Below are positions 18,041 to 27,162 of a stretch of 64,000 nt of DNA, one piece after another. The DNA is from Bacillales bacterium UBA7029 (GTDB lineage: Bacteria > Bacillota_I > Bacilli_A > RFN20 > CAG-826). Numbering within the stretch: position 1 is the first letter of the stretch; each line of letters starts with the position of its first letter. The notes under the pieces were generated by a model, which saw only the letters and a list, made by a program, of their open reading frames with translations, was not told the origin of the DNA and ran no database searches. The position numbers and the translations under genes are program-made. The DNA lies in NCBI GenBank assembly GCA_002494205.1, contig DLBE01000043.1, forward strand, positions 15,893 through 79,892, in the 5' to 3' direction.

Positions 18041-19303
18041 ATGGAATATATCAGAACAATTGAAAGAAAACTAAATGAGATAAAAAACGAATATGCTGTC
18101 ATCACTATTTATGGTGCTAGACAAGTCGGAAAGACAACAACTGCTGGCAAAGTATTCGGAAAAGAAATGGCCGTTGTTTCTTTGGATAATCTGGAAAATA
18201 GAACGCTGGCAAATAAAAACCCAAAGCTATTTTTAGAAGCGCATCCTTGGCCGATTATTATCGACGAAATACAAAAAGCCTCGCCTCTTCTAGATGCAAT
18301 CAAAGTAGTGGTGGATAGCGAGAAGAATAAATGTTTGCAAAACAATGTGCCAGTTCCACTCATGTATGTTTTAACTGGTTCCAATCAGTTTGAATTACAA
18401 AACATGGTATCTGAATCACTGGCAGGTCGTACTGCAATATTGAATATGGCATCGCTAGCAAATAATGAGTTAGAAGAAATAGACGGAAACATATTTAACC
18501 CTGATTTAGATTGTTTGAAAGCAAAATACGCCAAAGTCAAAGACAAAAATCTTTATCGCAGTCGCAAGGAAATCTTTGAAAGAATATTTAAAGGTGGAAT
18601 GCCTGAATATATTGCTAAAGATTTAAATAGAGATACTTTCTTTAGCTCTTATATTGCCACATATATCGAAAAAGATGTCAAAAGGATAATTAATGTAGAT
18701 AAAGAAGGTGACTTCTTAAGATTTTTAGACTATATGGCTTTAAGAACCGCCCAACAAATCAATTATGATGATATTTCAAGAAATATAGGTATTGATGTGA
18801 GAACTGTTAAAAACTGGATTTCTATTTTAATTACTTCGGGAATTGCTATTTTGTTAGAACCATATGCAAAAAATATGTCTGATAGAATAACCAAAACCCC
18901 TAAGTTTTACTTCATGGATACTGGCTTGTGTGCATACTTATGTAAATGGCCAAATGCCGAAATGCTTGAAAACGGTGTAATGAATGGTGCTTTTTACGAA
19001 ACATATGCTGTTAGTGAAATTATTAAAAGCTACATAAATGCTGGTGTAGATTATAGAAGAAACTTTTATTATTATCGCGATAAAGATAAAAAAGAAGCTG
19101 ATTTAATCATTGATTATGTGGATCATATATCTCCAATTGAGATTAAAAAAGGCATTAATCCAGCTAACAGTAGTTTCAATTTCAATTTCTTAAAAAAATA
19201 TGGGAAGCCAGTTTCGAAAGGAATAGTGATTGATTCAAGAGAAGATTTATTCCCGATAAATGCAGACAACTGGTATTGTCCGATTTATATGATTGGCATT
19301 TAA
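18041..19303 (+). CDS. AAA-family ATPase with C-terminal DUF4143 domain
   Basis: Walker A GARQVGKTT; Walker B IIIDEIQ. ATG 18041 with SD GAGG preferred over track TTG at 18026. Confidence 0.75.
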   Translation: MEYIRTIERKLNEIKNEYAVITIYGARQVGKTTTAGKVFGKEMAVVSLDNLENRTLANKNPKLFLEAHPWPIIIDEIQKASPLLDAIKVVVDSEKNKCLQNNVPVPLMYVLTGSNQFELQNMVSESLAGRTAILNMASLANNELEEIDGNIFNPDLDCLKAKYAKVKDKNLYRSRKEIFERIFKGGMPEYIAKDLNRDTFFSSYIATYIEKDVKRIINVDKEGDFLRFLDYMALRTAQQINYDDISRNIGIDVRTVKNWISILITSGIAILLEPYAKNMSDRITKTPKFYFMDTGLCAYLCKWPNAEMLENGVMNGAFYETYAVSEIIKSYINAGVDYRRNFYYYRDKDKKEADLIIDYVDHISPIEIKKGINPANSSFNFNFLKKYGKPVSKGIVIDSREDLFPINADNWYCPIYMIGI

Positions 19304-19345
19304 AAATCCCCTTGGACAAAATCCTTGGGGATATTTCAATCTACG

Positions 19346-19436
19346 TGGCGGAGAATTAGGGATTTGAACCCTAGCGCCCCTCTCGGAACCTACGAGCTTT
19401 CCAAGCCCGCCCCTTCAGCCTCTTGGGTAATTCTCC
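19346..19436 (-). tRNA. tRNA-Ser (anticodon GGA)
   Basis: Reverse complement is GGAGAATTACCCAAGAGGCTGAAGGGGCGGGCTTGGAAAGCTCGTAGGTTCCGAGAGGGGCGCTAGGGTTCAAATCCCTAATTCTCCGCCA. Type-II tRNA; anticodon stem CGGGC/GCTCG; loop TTGGAAA. Confidence 0.85.
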
Positions 19437-19487
19437 AGATGCGAGAAGTATTATACATTACTAATTTAAAAAAGTATAATCAATATT

Positions 19488-20447
19488 GTGAAAAAGATTA
19501 CTATTTCTTCTAAAGAAGCAAATCAAAGAGTAGATAAGTATGTTAAGAAGTTTCTTAATGAAGCTCCTTTATCTTTTATCTACAAACTTTTTAGAAAGAA
19601 AGACATTAAAATTAACGGACACTGGGTTAAAGAAAATTACATTTTAAAAGAAGGCGAAGAACTTTCTATTTATGTAACAGATCAACAAATAGAAGAATTC
19701 AATAAACCAAAAGAAATTGAAAAGGTTAACCTTAATCACGAAATTGTCTATGAAGACGAAAATATTTTAATCATAAACAAACCACGTGGATTATTAGTGC
19801 ATGGAGATGAGGGCGAAAAGAAACTAACCTTAGCGAACCAAGTAATTAATTATCTTTATTATAAAGGCGAATATAACCCAAAGGATGATCATGGATTTAC
19901 TCCTGCACCGGCCCATAGATTAGATAGAAATACATCTGGTTTAGTTGTGTTCGCAAAAAATCTTATCTCCCTTCAAGAACTAGAAGAGTTGTTTAAAGAA
20001 AAAGAAGAAATAATTAAAGAATATAAAGCTTTAGTTGTCGGAAAACTTAGTGGAGAAAAACATATAGACGCTCCATTAAAGAAAGATGTAAATACTGGTT
20101 TAGTTAAAATTGCAAAAGATGGAAAAAATGCTTATACAATCGCAAAATCAATAGGATTTTACGGAGATTTTACTTTAGTTAATGTGCAAATTCTAACCGG
20201 AAGAACACATCAAATAAGAGTTCATTTAGCTTCAATTGGTTATCCGATTGTTGGTGATGCAAAATACGGTGATTTTAAAATAAATAGAGATATAAAAGAA
20301 AAATACAAATTTGAAAATCAGTTTTTAACTGCTTATAAACTTTCATTTAAAGAAATAAAAGGCCACCTGTCTTATTTAAGTGGCAAATCATTTGAGATTA
20401 AACTTCCTGAAAACGAACAGAAGTTATTAGATAAATTAGCGAAGTAA
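19488..20447 (+). CDS. RluA-family 23S rRNA pseudouridine synthase (RluD/RluC-like)
   Basis: S4-like N-terminus QRVDKYVKKFL; catalytic HRLDRNTSG; GRTHQIRVH. GTG start with no SD; TATAAT at 19474-19479 lies 8 nt upstream. Confidence 0.8.
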   Translation: MKKITISSKEANQRVDKYVKKFLNEAPLSFIYKLFRKKDIKINGHWVKENYILKEGEELSIYVTDQQIEEFNKPKEIEKVNLNHEIVYEDENILIINKPRGLLVHGDEGEKKLTLANQVINYLYYKGEYNPKDDHGFTPAPAHRLDRNTSGLVVFAKNLISLQELEELFKEKEEIIKEYKALVVGKLSGEKHIDAPLKKDVNTGLVKIAKDGKNAYTIAKSIGFYGDFTLVNVQILTGRTHQIRVHLASIGYPIVGDAKYGDFKINRDIKEKYKFENQFLTAYKLSFKEIKGHLSYLSGKSFEIKLPENEQKLLDKLAK

Positions 20448-21251
20448 TTTTTTAAGAGTGTGGTAAATACCATTATGATCGTTATCTTTAATCGAAACCA
20501 TAGTGGTTTTATCTTTTAAGAATTCATATTTAGCGTTTTTCATTAAAACAGATGTTCCTGCAACTTCAAACATTTCAATATCATTAGTTGCATCCCCAAA
20601 CACAATTAGATTTTTTAGCGGGACATTATAATATTCGCAAATATGTTTTAAAGCATTTCCCTTGGAAGTCGATTTATAAAACAATTCAAAATAAGGTGAA
20701 CGAATCCAAAATCTTGCACCTAGTTGAGGATATTTAACTAATGCTTTTTCGACGTCCTCACATTCAGTTATTGCAGTTGGTGTTTGAACAATGCAAGTCA
20801 TTGGGTTTGTATTTAAAGTTTTTGCTAGTTCTCCAACATGAATTTGCATACCTTCATACCAGAAGAATTTTGCTAAATATTCATCTTCTTTATCAACCCA
20901 AATTTCAGTATCTGTTTCGCACATTACATTTTTAATATGCTTTTTAATTTTTCCTAAAACATCAATAATAATTTCCTTTGGAAATTCGAACTCAATTTTA
21001 GGAAATTTTTCATCAAATGGATTAAAAACATAAGCTCCATTATAACAAATCATTGGAGTTTTTAATTTGAGCTGCTCATAGTAAGTGTGCAAGGCTCTAG
21101 ATGGTCTACCTGAAGCAAGAACAATAATATGCCCTTGTTTAGACAATTTTCTAAGGTATAAACGAGTGCGTAAAGAAATCTTCTTCTTTTCGTTAAGAAG
21201 AGTTCCGTCCATATCGAAACCTATAACTCTTTTTTCGATTTCTTTTTTCAT
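20436..21251 (-). CDS. Cof-type HAD-IIB phosphatase
   Basis: GFDMDGTLL motif I; SGRP motif II; C-terminal GDATNDIEM. Confidence 0.8.
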   Translation of the reverse strand: MKKEIEKRVIGFDMDGTLLNEKKKISLRTRLYLRKLSKQGHIIVLASGRPSRALHTYYEQLKLKTPMICYNGAYVFNPFDEKFPKIEFEFPKEIIIDVLGKIKKHIKNVMCETDTEIWVDKEDEYLAKFFWYEGMQIHVGELAKTLNTNPMTCIVQTPTAITECEDVEKALVKYPQLGARFWIRSPYFELFYKSTSKGNALKHICEYYNVPLKNLIVFGDATNDIEMFEVAGTSVLMKNAKYEFLKDKTTMVSIKDNDHNGIYHTLKKLLR

Positions 21252-22234
21252 TATTTATGATATAAACCAACAGCTTTTTGGACTCTTTCGAGAACTTTTG
21301 ACGCAACTTCGTTTGCGCGTTTTGCGCCTTTTTCAAGAACCTTGTCAACAAGACCTGATTCAATAACTTCTTTATATCGTTTTTGTAGATTTTCCATTTC
21401 TGAACACACAATGTCAGCTACAGCACGTTTAAAATCACCATAGCCTTTACCTTCAAATTCTTTTTCAATTTCCTCAAAAGATTTTCCAGTAAGTGATGAC
21501 ATAATTGTCATAAGGTTAGAAATACCAGGTTGTTTTTCAGGATCGTAGTGGACATGAGCTTCCATATCTGTAACTGCAGACATAATTTTCTTTCTAATTA
21601 CAGCAGGTTCATCTTTTAAATAAATGTCTCCTTTAGGATCAGACTTAGACATCTTTTTTGTTGGGTCTGATAAAGACATAATTCTTGCGCCTACTTTTGC
21701 AACTTCTGCTCTAGGCATAACAAGAACGTCTCCATAGCGATTATTAAAACGTTTTACTAAGTCTCGAGTTAACTCTACGTGTTGGATTTGATCTTCGCCA
21801 ACAGGAATTACTTTTGAATCATATAAAACAATATCCGCGGCCATCAAAACAGGGTAAGCAAATAAACCTAAGCCTATGGCTTCTTCTTTCATTTTTGAGG
21901 ATTTATCTTTAAATTGAGTCATTCTTGAAAGCTCACCCATGTAGAGGTAGTTTTGAAGAATTATTGCAAGTTCAGCGTGGGCGGATACATCACTTTGAAG
22001 GAAGATGTTTGACTTATTTGGATCAAGTCCTGCTGCAAGATAAAAAGCCGCTAAATCTCTAGAATTTGTGCGTAAAACTTCTGGATCAATTGGAAGAGTT
22101 AAAGCGTGTAAGTCAGCGATAAATAAAAATGATTCGCCTTTATCTTGTAACTTAACAAATTTATTAATTGCCCCAATATAATTGCCAAGTGTTAATTGGC
22201 CTGTAGGTTTAATACCGCTCAAAATGTGATCCAT
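21251..22234 (-). CDS. trpS: tryptophan--tRNA ligase
   Basis: SGIKPTGQLTLGNY, KMSKS (as KMSKSD). SD GAGGGA upstream on the minus strand. Confidence 0.95.
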   Translation of the reverse strand: MDHILSGIKPTGQLTLGNYIGAINKFVKLQDKGESFLFIADLHALTLPIDPEVLRTNSRDLAAFYLAAGLDPNKSNIFLQSDVSAHAELAIILQNYLYMGELSRMTQFKDKSSKMKEEAIGLGLFAYPVLMAADIVLYDSKVIPVGEDQIQHVELTRDLVKRFNNRYGDVLVMPRAEVAKVGARIMSLSDPTKKMSKSDPKGDIYLKDEPAVIRKKIMSAVTDMEAHVHYDPEKQPGISNLMTIMSSLTGKSFEEIEKEFEGKGYGDFKRAVADIVCSEMENLQKRYKEVIESGLVDKVLEKGAKRANEVASKVLERVQKAVGLYHK

Positions 22235-22295
22235 AATGCTTTCCCTCGCGTAATGCCAATATTATAAGTTAACTAAATAATCACTGTCAATTTTA

Positions 22296-22323
22296 TTGAC
22301 TTATGTCTATTTGTCTATACAAT
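22296..22323 (+). promoter_or_regulatory. near-consensus promoter TTGACT-16-TACAAT placed 7 nt before the spx ATG (leaderless)
   Basis: -35 at 22296-22301, -10 at 22318-22323, ATG at 22331. The spacer contains the tandem heptamer TGTCTAT-T-TGTCTAT. Confidence 0.55.
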
Positions 22324-22330
22324 AAAAAGC

Positions 22331-22732
22331 ATGATTAAGATTTATGTTTCCCCATCTTGTTCTTCTTGCATTAAGGTTAAGAAGTGGTTTGACGAACAAC
22401 AAATACCTTATATTGAGAAAAATATTACTGGACAAGGGTTAAGCGAAAAAGAACTTAGAGAAATGCTTGAGAAAAGCGAAAATGGTACTGAAGATATCAT
22501 TTCTTTACGTAGTAAAATTATTAAAGAAAAAAACATTAAACTTGATGATATATCCGTTTCAGAAATGATACAATTTATTAGACAAAACCCAACTGTTTTA
22601 AAACGCCCAATAATGGTGGATGACAATCACATTCAAGTTGGTTATGACACTGATGAAATGACAACTTTCATTCCTCGAGCAAGAAGATTGAATTCTTTTG
22701 TTTGTGATACATGTGAGGATAACGATAAATGA
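22331..22732 (+). CDS. spx: Spx/MgsR-family (ArsC-fold) transcriptional regulator
   Basis: MIKIYVSPSCSSCIKVKKWFDEQQIPYIEKNI has the N-terminal CxxC; the RPIMVDD motif is also present; 133 aa. Confidence 0.85.
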   Translation: MIKIYVSPSCSSCIKVKKWFDEQQIPYIEKNITGQGLSEKELREMLEKSENGTEDIISLRSKIIKEKNIKLDDISVSEMIQFIRQNPTVLKRPIMVDDNHIQVGYDTDEMTTFIPRARRLNSFVCDTCEDNDK

Positions 22733-22881
22733 TTTTAAAAACGTTTGGCGTTGATCCTGCATCATCTCCATTTAATGAATGGCTAAAAAATAATGCTCTT
22801 TATGTCGCGCTTGGTGTCGCGGGAGTTGTTCTAATAATAGTCTTGGTGTTGTTCTTTATAAGCAAAAGAAAAAAGGACTAG
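22729..22881 (+). CDS. 50-aa small membrane peptide translationally coupled to spx (ATGA overlap)
   Basis: MILKTFGVDPASSPFNEWLKNNALYVALGVAGVVLIIVLVLFFISKRKKD. Absent from the ORF track (<60 aa). One C-terminal TM helix with a KRKKD anchor; followed by a terminator. Confidence 0.45.
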   Translation: MILKTFGVDPASSPFNEWLKNNALYVALGVAGVVLIIVLVLFFISKRKKD

Positions 22882-22897
22882 AATCCTTTTTTATTTA
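22868..22897. terminator. bidirectional terminator between the small peptide gene and maf
   Basis: aaggactagaatcctt hairpin with flanking A and T runs. Confidence 0.5.
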
Positions 22898-23434
22898 GAA
22901 CCAATGCTGTTTAAGATCTTCTGTTGGAAGTCCAATTACGTTATCGAAACTTCCTTCAATATGATTAACTAAATCAAATTCTTTATCTTGGATACCATAA
23001 GCTCCAGCTTTATCCATTGGAGAACCTGTTGCGATATATTTTTCTATTAGTTCATCACTTAGTTTATTGAAGTAAACATAAGTTCTAACTGTTCTTGTAA
23101 TTTCTTTTTCTTTTGAGATTAATGTATAACCCGAAATAACTACGTGCTTCTTGCCTGATAACTTGTGCAACATCTCTCTAGCTTTTTCAGCAGTATGAGG
23201 TTTGCCCATAAGCTCACCATCTAGAATAACAACGGTGTCACATGCAAGAACTTTATCATTTGGGTATTTATTAAAGACATCGTAAGCTTTTAATTTTGAT
23301 AATTCTCCTGGCAAATCACATGCTGGAATGTGTAACTGAGATTCATCAATATTTGCAGGAATTACCGTAAAATCCTTAGTAATTTTCTTAATTAATTCTC
23401 TTCTTCTAGGAGACTCACTAGCTAAAATAATCAT
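22895..23434 (-). CDS. maf: Maf-like nucleotide pyrophosphatase (septum formation protein Maf)
   Basis: MIILASESPRRRELI ... Maf-fold motifs; 179 aa. Confidence 0.85.
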   Translation of the reverse strand: MIILASESPRRRELIKKITKDFTVIPANIDESQLHIPACDLPGELSKLKAYDVFNKYPNDKVLACDTVVILDGELMGKPHTAEKAREMLHKLSGKKHVVISGYTLISKEKEITRTVRTYVYFNKLSDELIEKYIATGSPMDKAGAYGIQDKEFDLVNHIEGSFDNVIGLPTEDLKQHWF

Positions 23435-25098
23435 TTGTTTTGATCCATAACCACAGGAATAATTAGTGGTTTCCTTTCAGTTTTTCTTTCAACATAAACT
23501 TCAACTGTTCTTTTTATTGTTGACTTAATGGTTGCAAAATTTGGCTTTGTTGCCATTAATTCAATAAGAGTTTTATTTACTAAATCTTCAATTTTTTTAG
23601 AAATTAAATTGTCATCAGCAGAAAATGCTTTAGTTATGCATTTTGGCGGAACAATAATTTTTTGAGTTTTAGAATTTATTGCAACTGAAATAGCAATCAT
23701 TCCATCTTCTTGCATTATTTCTCTATCTTTAACAACAGCTTGGTTTGTTCCCGCGACATTTCTGCTATCAATATAAATAGGATCTGCTGCGTAATGAGGT
23801 CCGGTTACAATCTTGTGCTTTGATAAAATCAAAGAATCACCATTTTCCATAATGAAAATGTTTGATTTAGGAACACCTAATGTTTCAGCAATGGCGCCAT
23901 GTATTTTAAGCATTCTATATTCACCATGAATCGGCATGAAATATTTAGGATGGATAAGGTGGAGCATAATTCTTAATTCTTGTTTTGATGGGTGGCCAGA
24001 AGAGTGGACAGCATATAAAACTGAATTAACTAAAACGTTTCCGCCTTTTTTAACAAGTTGGTTCACAACTCTATCAATAAAGATACCGTTTCCTGGAATA
24101 GCGCTTGAGGAGAAAACAATCGTGTCTCCTGGAATTATTCTTAAATCTTTGTGCTCACCATTAGCAATTCTTGAAAGAGCGGCCATAGGTTCTCCCTGAG
24201 AACCTGTACACAAAACGCAAATTTCATTTAATTTAAATTCGTTGATTTCGTTAATTGGAATAAAAGATGTGTCTGGAATTTTTATATATCCAAAATCACG
24301 TGCAGCTTCTACTGCATGTTCCATTGATCTACCGATAATGGCGATTTTTCTATTATTTTCTACCGCAACTTCGCAAATTTGCTGAATACGCGAAATATTA
24401 GAAGAGAATGTGGAAAGGATTAATCTTCCAGTAGCGATTTTAAAGATTTCTTGAATTGATTGAAGAACATTCTTTTCGCTTGGTGTATAACCTTCAATTT
24501 CGGCGTTGGTGGAGTCACTAAGCAATAAGTCAACTCCAGCATCTCCAATTTTCGCTATCTTTGATAGCTCAATTTTTTGGCCTATTGGAGTCAAGTCAAT
24601 TTTAAAGTCACCAGTATGGACAATTCTTCCTTGTGGAGTGTCTACTACAATGCCATATGAATCCGGAATTGAGTGAGTAACCTGGAAAAAGCTTACTTTA
24701 AATTCATCAACATTTATTACGGAGTCATCTTTATATTCTAGAATTTTTACTTCCTCACGAATCCTCATATCCTCTAATTTATGGCGAATAAGTTGGATGG
24801 CTAAACGAGGAGCGTAAATTACTGGAATATGTAAACTTTGAATTAAAAAAGGAATCGCGCCGATATGGTCTTCGTGGCCGTGTGTTATAAATAAAGCTTT
24901 AACTTTTTGTCTAGAATTCTTTAACTTAGTATAGTCTGGAATTACATAGTCAATACCTGGTAAATCGGCACCAGGAAATCTAACTCCAGCATCAATTATG
25001 ATTAAGGAGTTTTCAGATTCTATACAATAAGTGTTTTTTCCAACTTCGCATAGACCACCCAAAGCATAAATTGAAATTGGAGATTCAGAAACAGCCAT
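23431..25098 (-). CDS. rnj: ribonuclease J
   Basis: Metallo-beta-lactamase HxHxDH motif (ITHGHEDHIGAIPFL), beta-CASP domain and C-terminal domain; 555 aa. Confidence 0.9.
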   Translation of the reverse strand: MAVSESPISIYALGGLCEVGKNTYCIESENSLIIIDAGVRFPGADLPGIDYVIPDYTKLKNSRQKVKALFITHGHEDHIGAIPFLIQSLHIPVIYAPRLAIQLIRHKLEDMRIREEVKILEYKDDSVINVDEFKVSFFQVTHSIPDSYGIVVDTPQGRIVHTGDFKIDLTPIGQKIELSKIAKIGDAGVDLLLSDSTNAEIEGYTPSEKNVLQSIQEIFKIATGRLILSTFSSNISRIQQICEVAVENNRKIAIIGRSMEHAVEAARDFGYIKIPDTSFIPINEINEFKLNEICVLCTGSQGEPMAALSRIANGEHKDLRIIPGDTIVFSSSAIPGNGIFIDRVVNQLVKKGGNVLVNSVLYAVHSSGHPSKQELRIMLHLIHPKYFMPIHGEYRMLKIHGAIAETLGVPKSNIFIMENGDSLILSKHKIVTGPHYAADPIYIDSRNVAGTNQAVVKDREIMQEDGMIAISVAINSKTQKIIVPPKCITKAFSADDNLISKKIEDLVNKTLIELMATKPNFATIKSTIKRTVEVYVERKTERKPLIIPVVMDQNK

Positions 25099-25179
25099 AA
25101 ATTCCTCCGTTATTGAATTATCTTCGTTGTTAAAAACTGTTTTTATTATAAACTAAACTTTAGTCTTAAATCAAGACTA

Positions 25180-25737
25180 CTATATACGAATTGCGTCTTC
25201 TTTTTGAACAAATGGGTTTTTCTTATCGATACGATCGTAATACAAAATCCCGTCTAAATGGTCAATCTCGTGTTGAAGAACAATTGCCTCGTAACCACGA
25301 GCAGTAATAATTTCTTCTTTTTGTGTTTGAACATTAAAAGCCTTAACTTGTATCTTGTTATGTCTATAGACATATCCTTCATGGTGAACATCAACAGATA
25401 AACACCCTTCACCACCTGAGAGATAAACTTCTTTAACTGATTCAAGAATAATTTTAGGATTGATTAAGCGGTGGTCCACAATATGAACACCCTCATCAGT
25501 TTGTTCTTCAAAATAAACAACCAAAGCTCTTATATTTCTGCCAACTTGAGGTGCGGCTAAACCAACGCCTTCTCGAATATTGTATTTCTGAGAAATTTTT
25601 TCATCTTGGGAGGCAATTAAGTAATCATGCATTTCATTTACAAAAGAGATAATTTCAGGAGTAATTTCTGTAATTTCTTTGCATTTTGCTCTTAATTCTG
25701 GATTGGTATCTTTAACTATTTTGAAAAACTTTTTCAT
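25180..25737 (-). CDS. def: peptide deformylase
   Basis: GVGLAAPQVG, EGCLS, HEIDHLDG motifs. Confidence 0.9.
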   Translation of the reverse strand: MKKFFKIVKDTNPELRAKCKEITEITPEIISFVNEMHDYLIASQDEKISQKYNIREGVGLAAPQVGRNIRALVVYFEEQTDEGVHIVDHRLINPKIILESVKEVYLSGGEGCLSVDVHHEGYVYRHNKIQVKAFNVQTQKEEIITARGYEAIVLQHEIDHLDGILYYDRIDKKNPFVQKEDAIRI

Positions 25738-25783
25738 ACATCAAATTCTATCATATATGATAATAATTTGGTATCATATTCGC

Positions 25784-26122
25784 ATGAATGAAAAATTGCT
25801 AAGTATTACGAGTGAACTTAAAGCAAAAATTGAATCACTTCCAGAAGTAGTTGAACTTGAGCGTTTGAACCAATTGCTTAATGAAGATGAAGTAGTTATG
25901 AAACTTGCTTATAAAAAAGATATGGCTCAAATTAAATATGAAGATTCGTGCCGATATTTTGGAGAAAAATCCGATGAAGCAAGACAGTCTCAAAAAGCCC
26001 TGTATCAAGTGAAGCTTGAATTAGACAATAATGATCTCGTTAAAAAGTACAATGAACAATACAAAAAAGTTCGAGCAATTTATGATAGAATAAACGAAGA
26101 AATTTTTAATCCTTTTAATTAA
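25784..26122 (+). CDS. YlbF/YmcA-family regulatory protein
   Basis: 113 aa. MNEKLLSITSELKAKIESLPEVVELERLNQLLNEDEVVMKLAYKKDMAQ resembles the YlbF fold. Internal ATG of track ORF 25679-26122. Confidence 0.55.
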   Translation: MNEKLLSITSELKAKIESLPEVVELERLNQLLNEDEVVMKLAYKKDMAQIKYEDSCRYFGEKSDEARQSQKALYQVKLELDNNDLVKKYNEQYKKVRAIYDRINEEIFNPFN

Positions 26123-26123
26123 T

Positions 26124-26657
26124 ATGATTCGAATTACTGGTGGCAAGAATAGATCAAGATTAATAGAAACTCCAAATACTGTTTTGACCAAACCAACAAT
26201 GGACAAAGTTCGTCAGGCTGTTTTTTCTGCACTTGGCGAAAAAGTATACAATTCAAGAGTTTTGGATTTATTTGCTGGTTCTGGATCATACGGAATAGAG
26301 GCTCTATCTCGTGGCGCTAAGGAAGCAATATTTGTCGATAATTCATCTTTAGCAATAGAAACAATTAAGAAAAATTGTGAAAAATTAAATGAGAAAAAAG
26401 TTGAAATAATTAAAGACGATGTTTTACCATTTTTAACTGAAAATTCCCGGGAATTCGATATTATTTTCGCTGATCCGCCATATAAATTAGATGTTTATAA
26501 TGACGTTGTGGAAACGCTTATAAGAAGAAATATTTTATCGAGTAATGGTATAATCATTTTGGAAAGCGAGAAGGAATTAAAACTTGATGAAAGTAAATTC
26601 TCTAGTGTTCGCTTCTACAAATACGGTTTAGCAAAGATTTATATATTAAGGAAATAA
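26124..26657 (+). CDS. rsmD: 16S rRNA (guanine966-N2)-methyltransferase RsmD
   Basis: RVLDLFAGSGSYGIEALSRGA ... FADPPY motifs. Confidence 0.85.
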   Translation: MIRITGGKNRSRLIETPNTVLTKPTMDKVRQAVFSALGEKVYNSRVLDLFAGSGSYGIEALSRGAKEAIFVDNSSLAIETIKKNCEKLNEKKVEIIKDDVLPFLTENSREFDIIFADPPYKLDVYNDVVETLIRRNILSSNGIIILESEKELKLDESKFSSVRFYKYGLAKIYILRK

Positions 26658-26659
26658 AT

Positions 26660-27130
26660 ATGAAGAGAGCAGTTTATCCAGGTTCATTTGACCCAATTAC
26701 TAATGGACATATTGATATTTTAAAACGTGCATTAGAAATTTTTGACGAAGTTATTGTTTTAATTGCAGAGAATCACGAAAAGAAATCTAGATTCACTGTT
26801 AAAGAAAGAGTAGAAATGATTCAAGATGCAACAAAAGATCTTGAAGGTGTTAAAGTTGATTCAACTGAAGGACTTACTGTTTCGTATGCAAAAAGAGTTG
26901 GTGCAACTCATCTAATTAGAGGATTAAGAGCCGTTTCTGATTTTGAATACGAATTCTCTTTAGCCGCCGCTAATCACTATATTGATGAATCAATCGATAT
27001 TGTGTTTTTTATGGCTAACTCAGAAAGTTCATTTATATCAAGTAGTATGATTGATGGACTATATTCCGAGAATGTTGATATATCAAATTTGGTGCCAGAG
27101 TCAGTTGTAAAAATGTATAAGAAAAAGTAG
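26660..27130 (+). CDS. coaD: phosphopantetheine adenylyltransferase
   Basis: MKRAVYPGSFDPITNGHIDIL signature. Confidence 0.9.
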   Translation: MKRAVYPGSFDPITNGHIDILKRALEIFDEVIVLIAENHEKKSRFTVKERVEMIQDATKDLEGVKVDSTEGLTVSYAKRVGATHLIRGLRAVSDFEYEFSLAAANHYIDESIDIVFFMANSESSFISSSMIDGLYSENVDISNLVPESVVKMYKKK

Positions 27131-27150
27131 CTCGACGAGCTACTTTTTAA
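27126..27150 (+). terminator. intrinsic terminator after coaD
   Basis: gtagctcg-a-cgagctac palindrome followed by ttttt. Confidence 0.7.
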
Positions 27151-27162
27151 TTTATTTATAAA

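Noticed and set aside
19325-19513. 62-aa plus-strand ORF in the track
   Set aside because: It lies entirely over the minus-strand tRNA-Ser(GGA) gene and its flanks. The reading frame is an artefact of the tRNA sequence.
22235-22330. T-box leader upstream of trpS
   Set aside because: The intergenic region is only 96 nt and is occupied by the spx promoter. That is too short for a T-box (more than 200 nt), and no GGGTGGNACCGCG antiterminator motif is present. SD GAGGGA lies directly before the trpS ATG.
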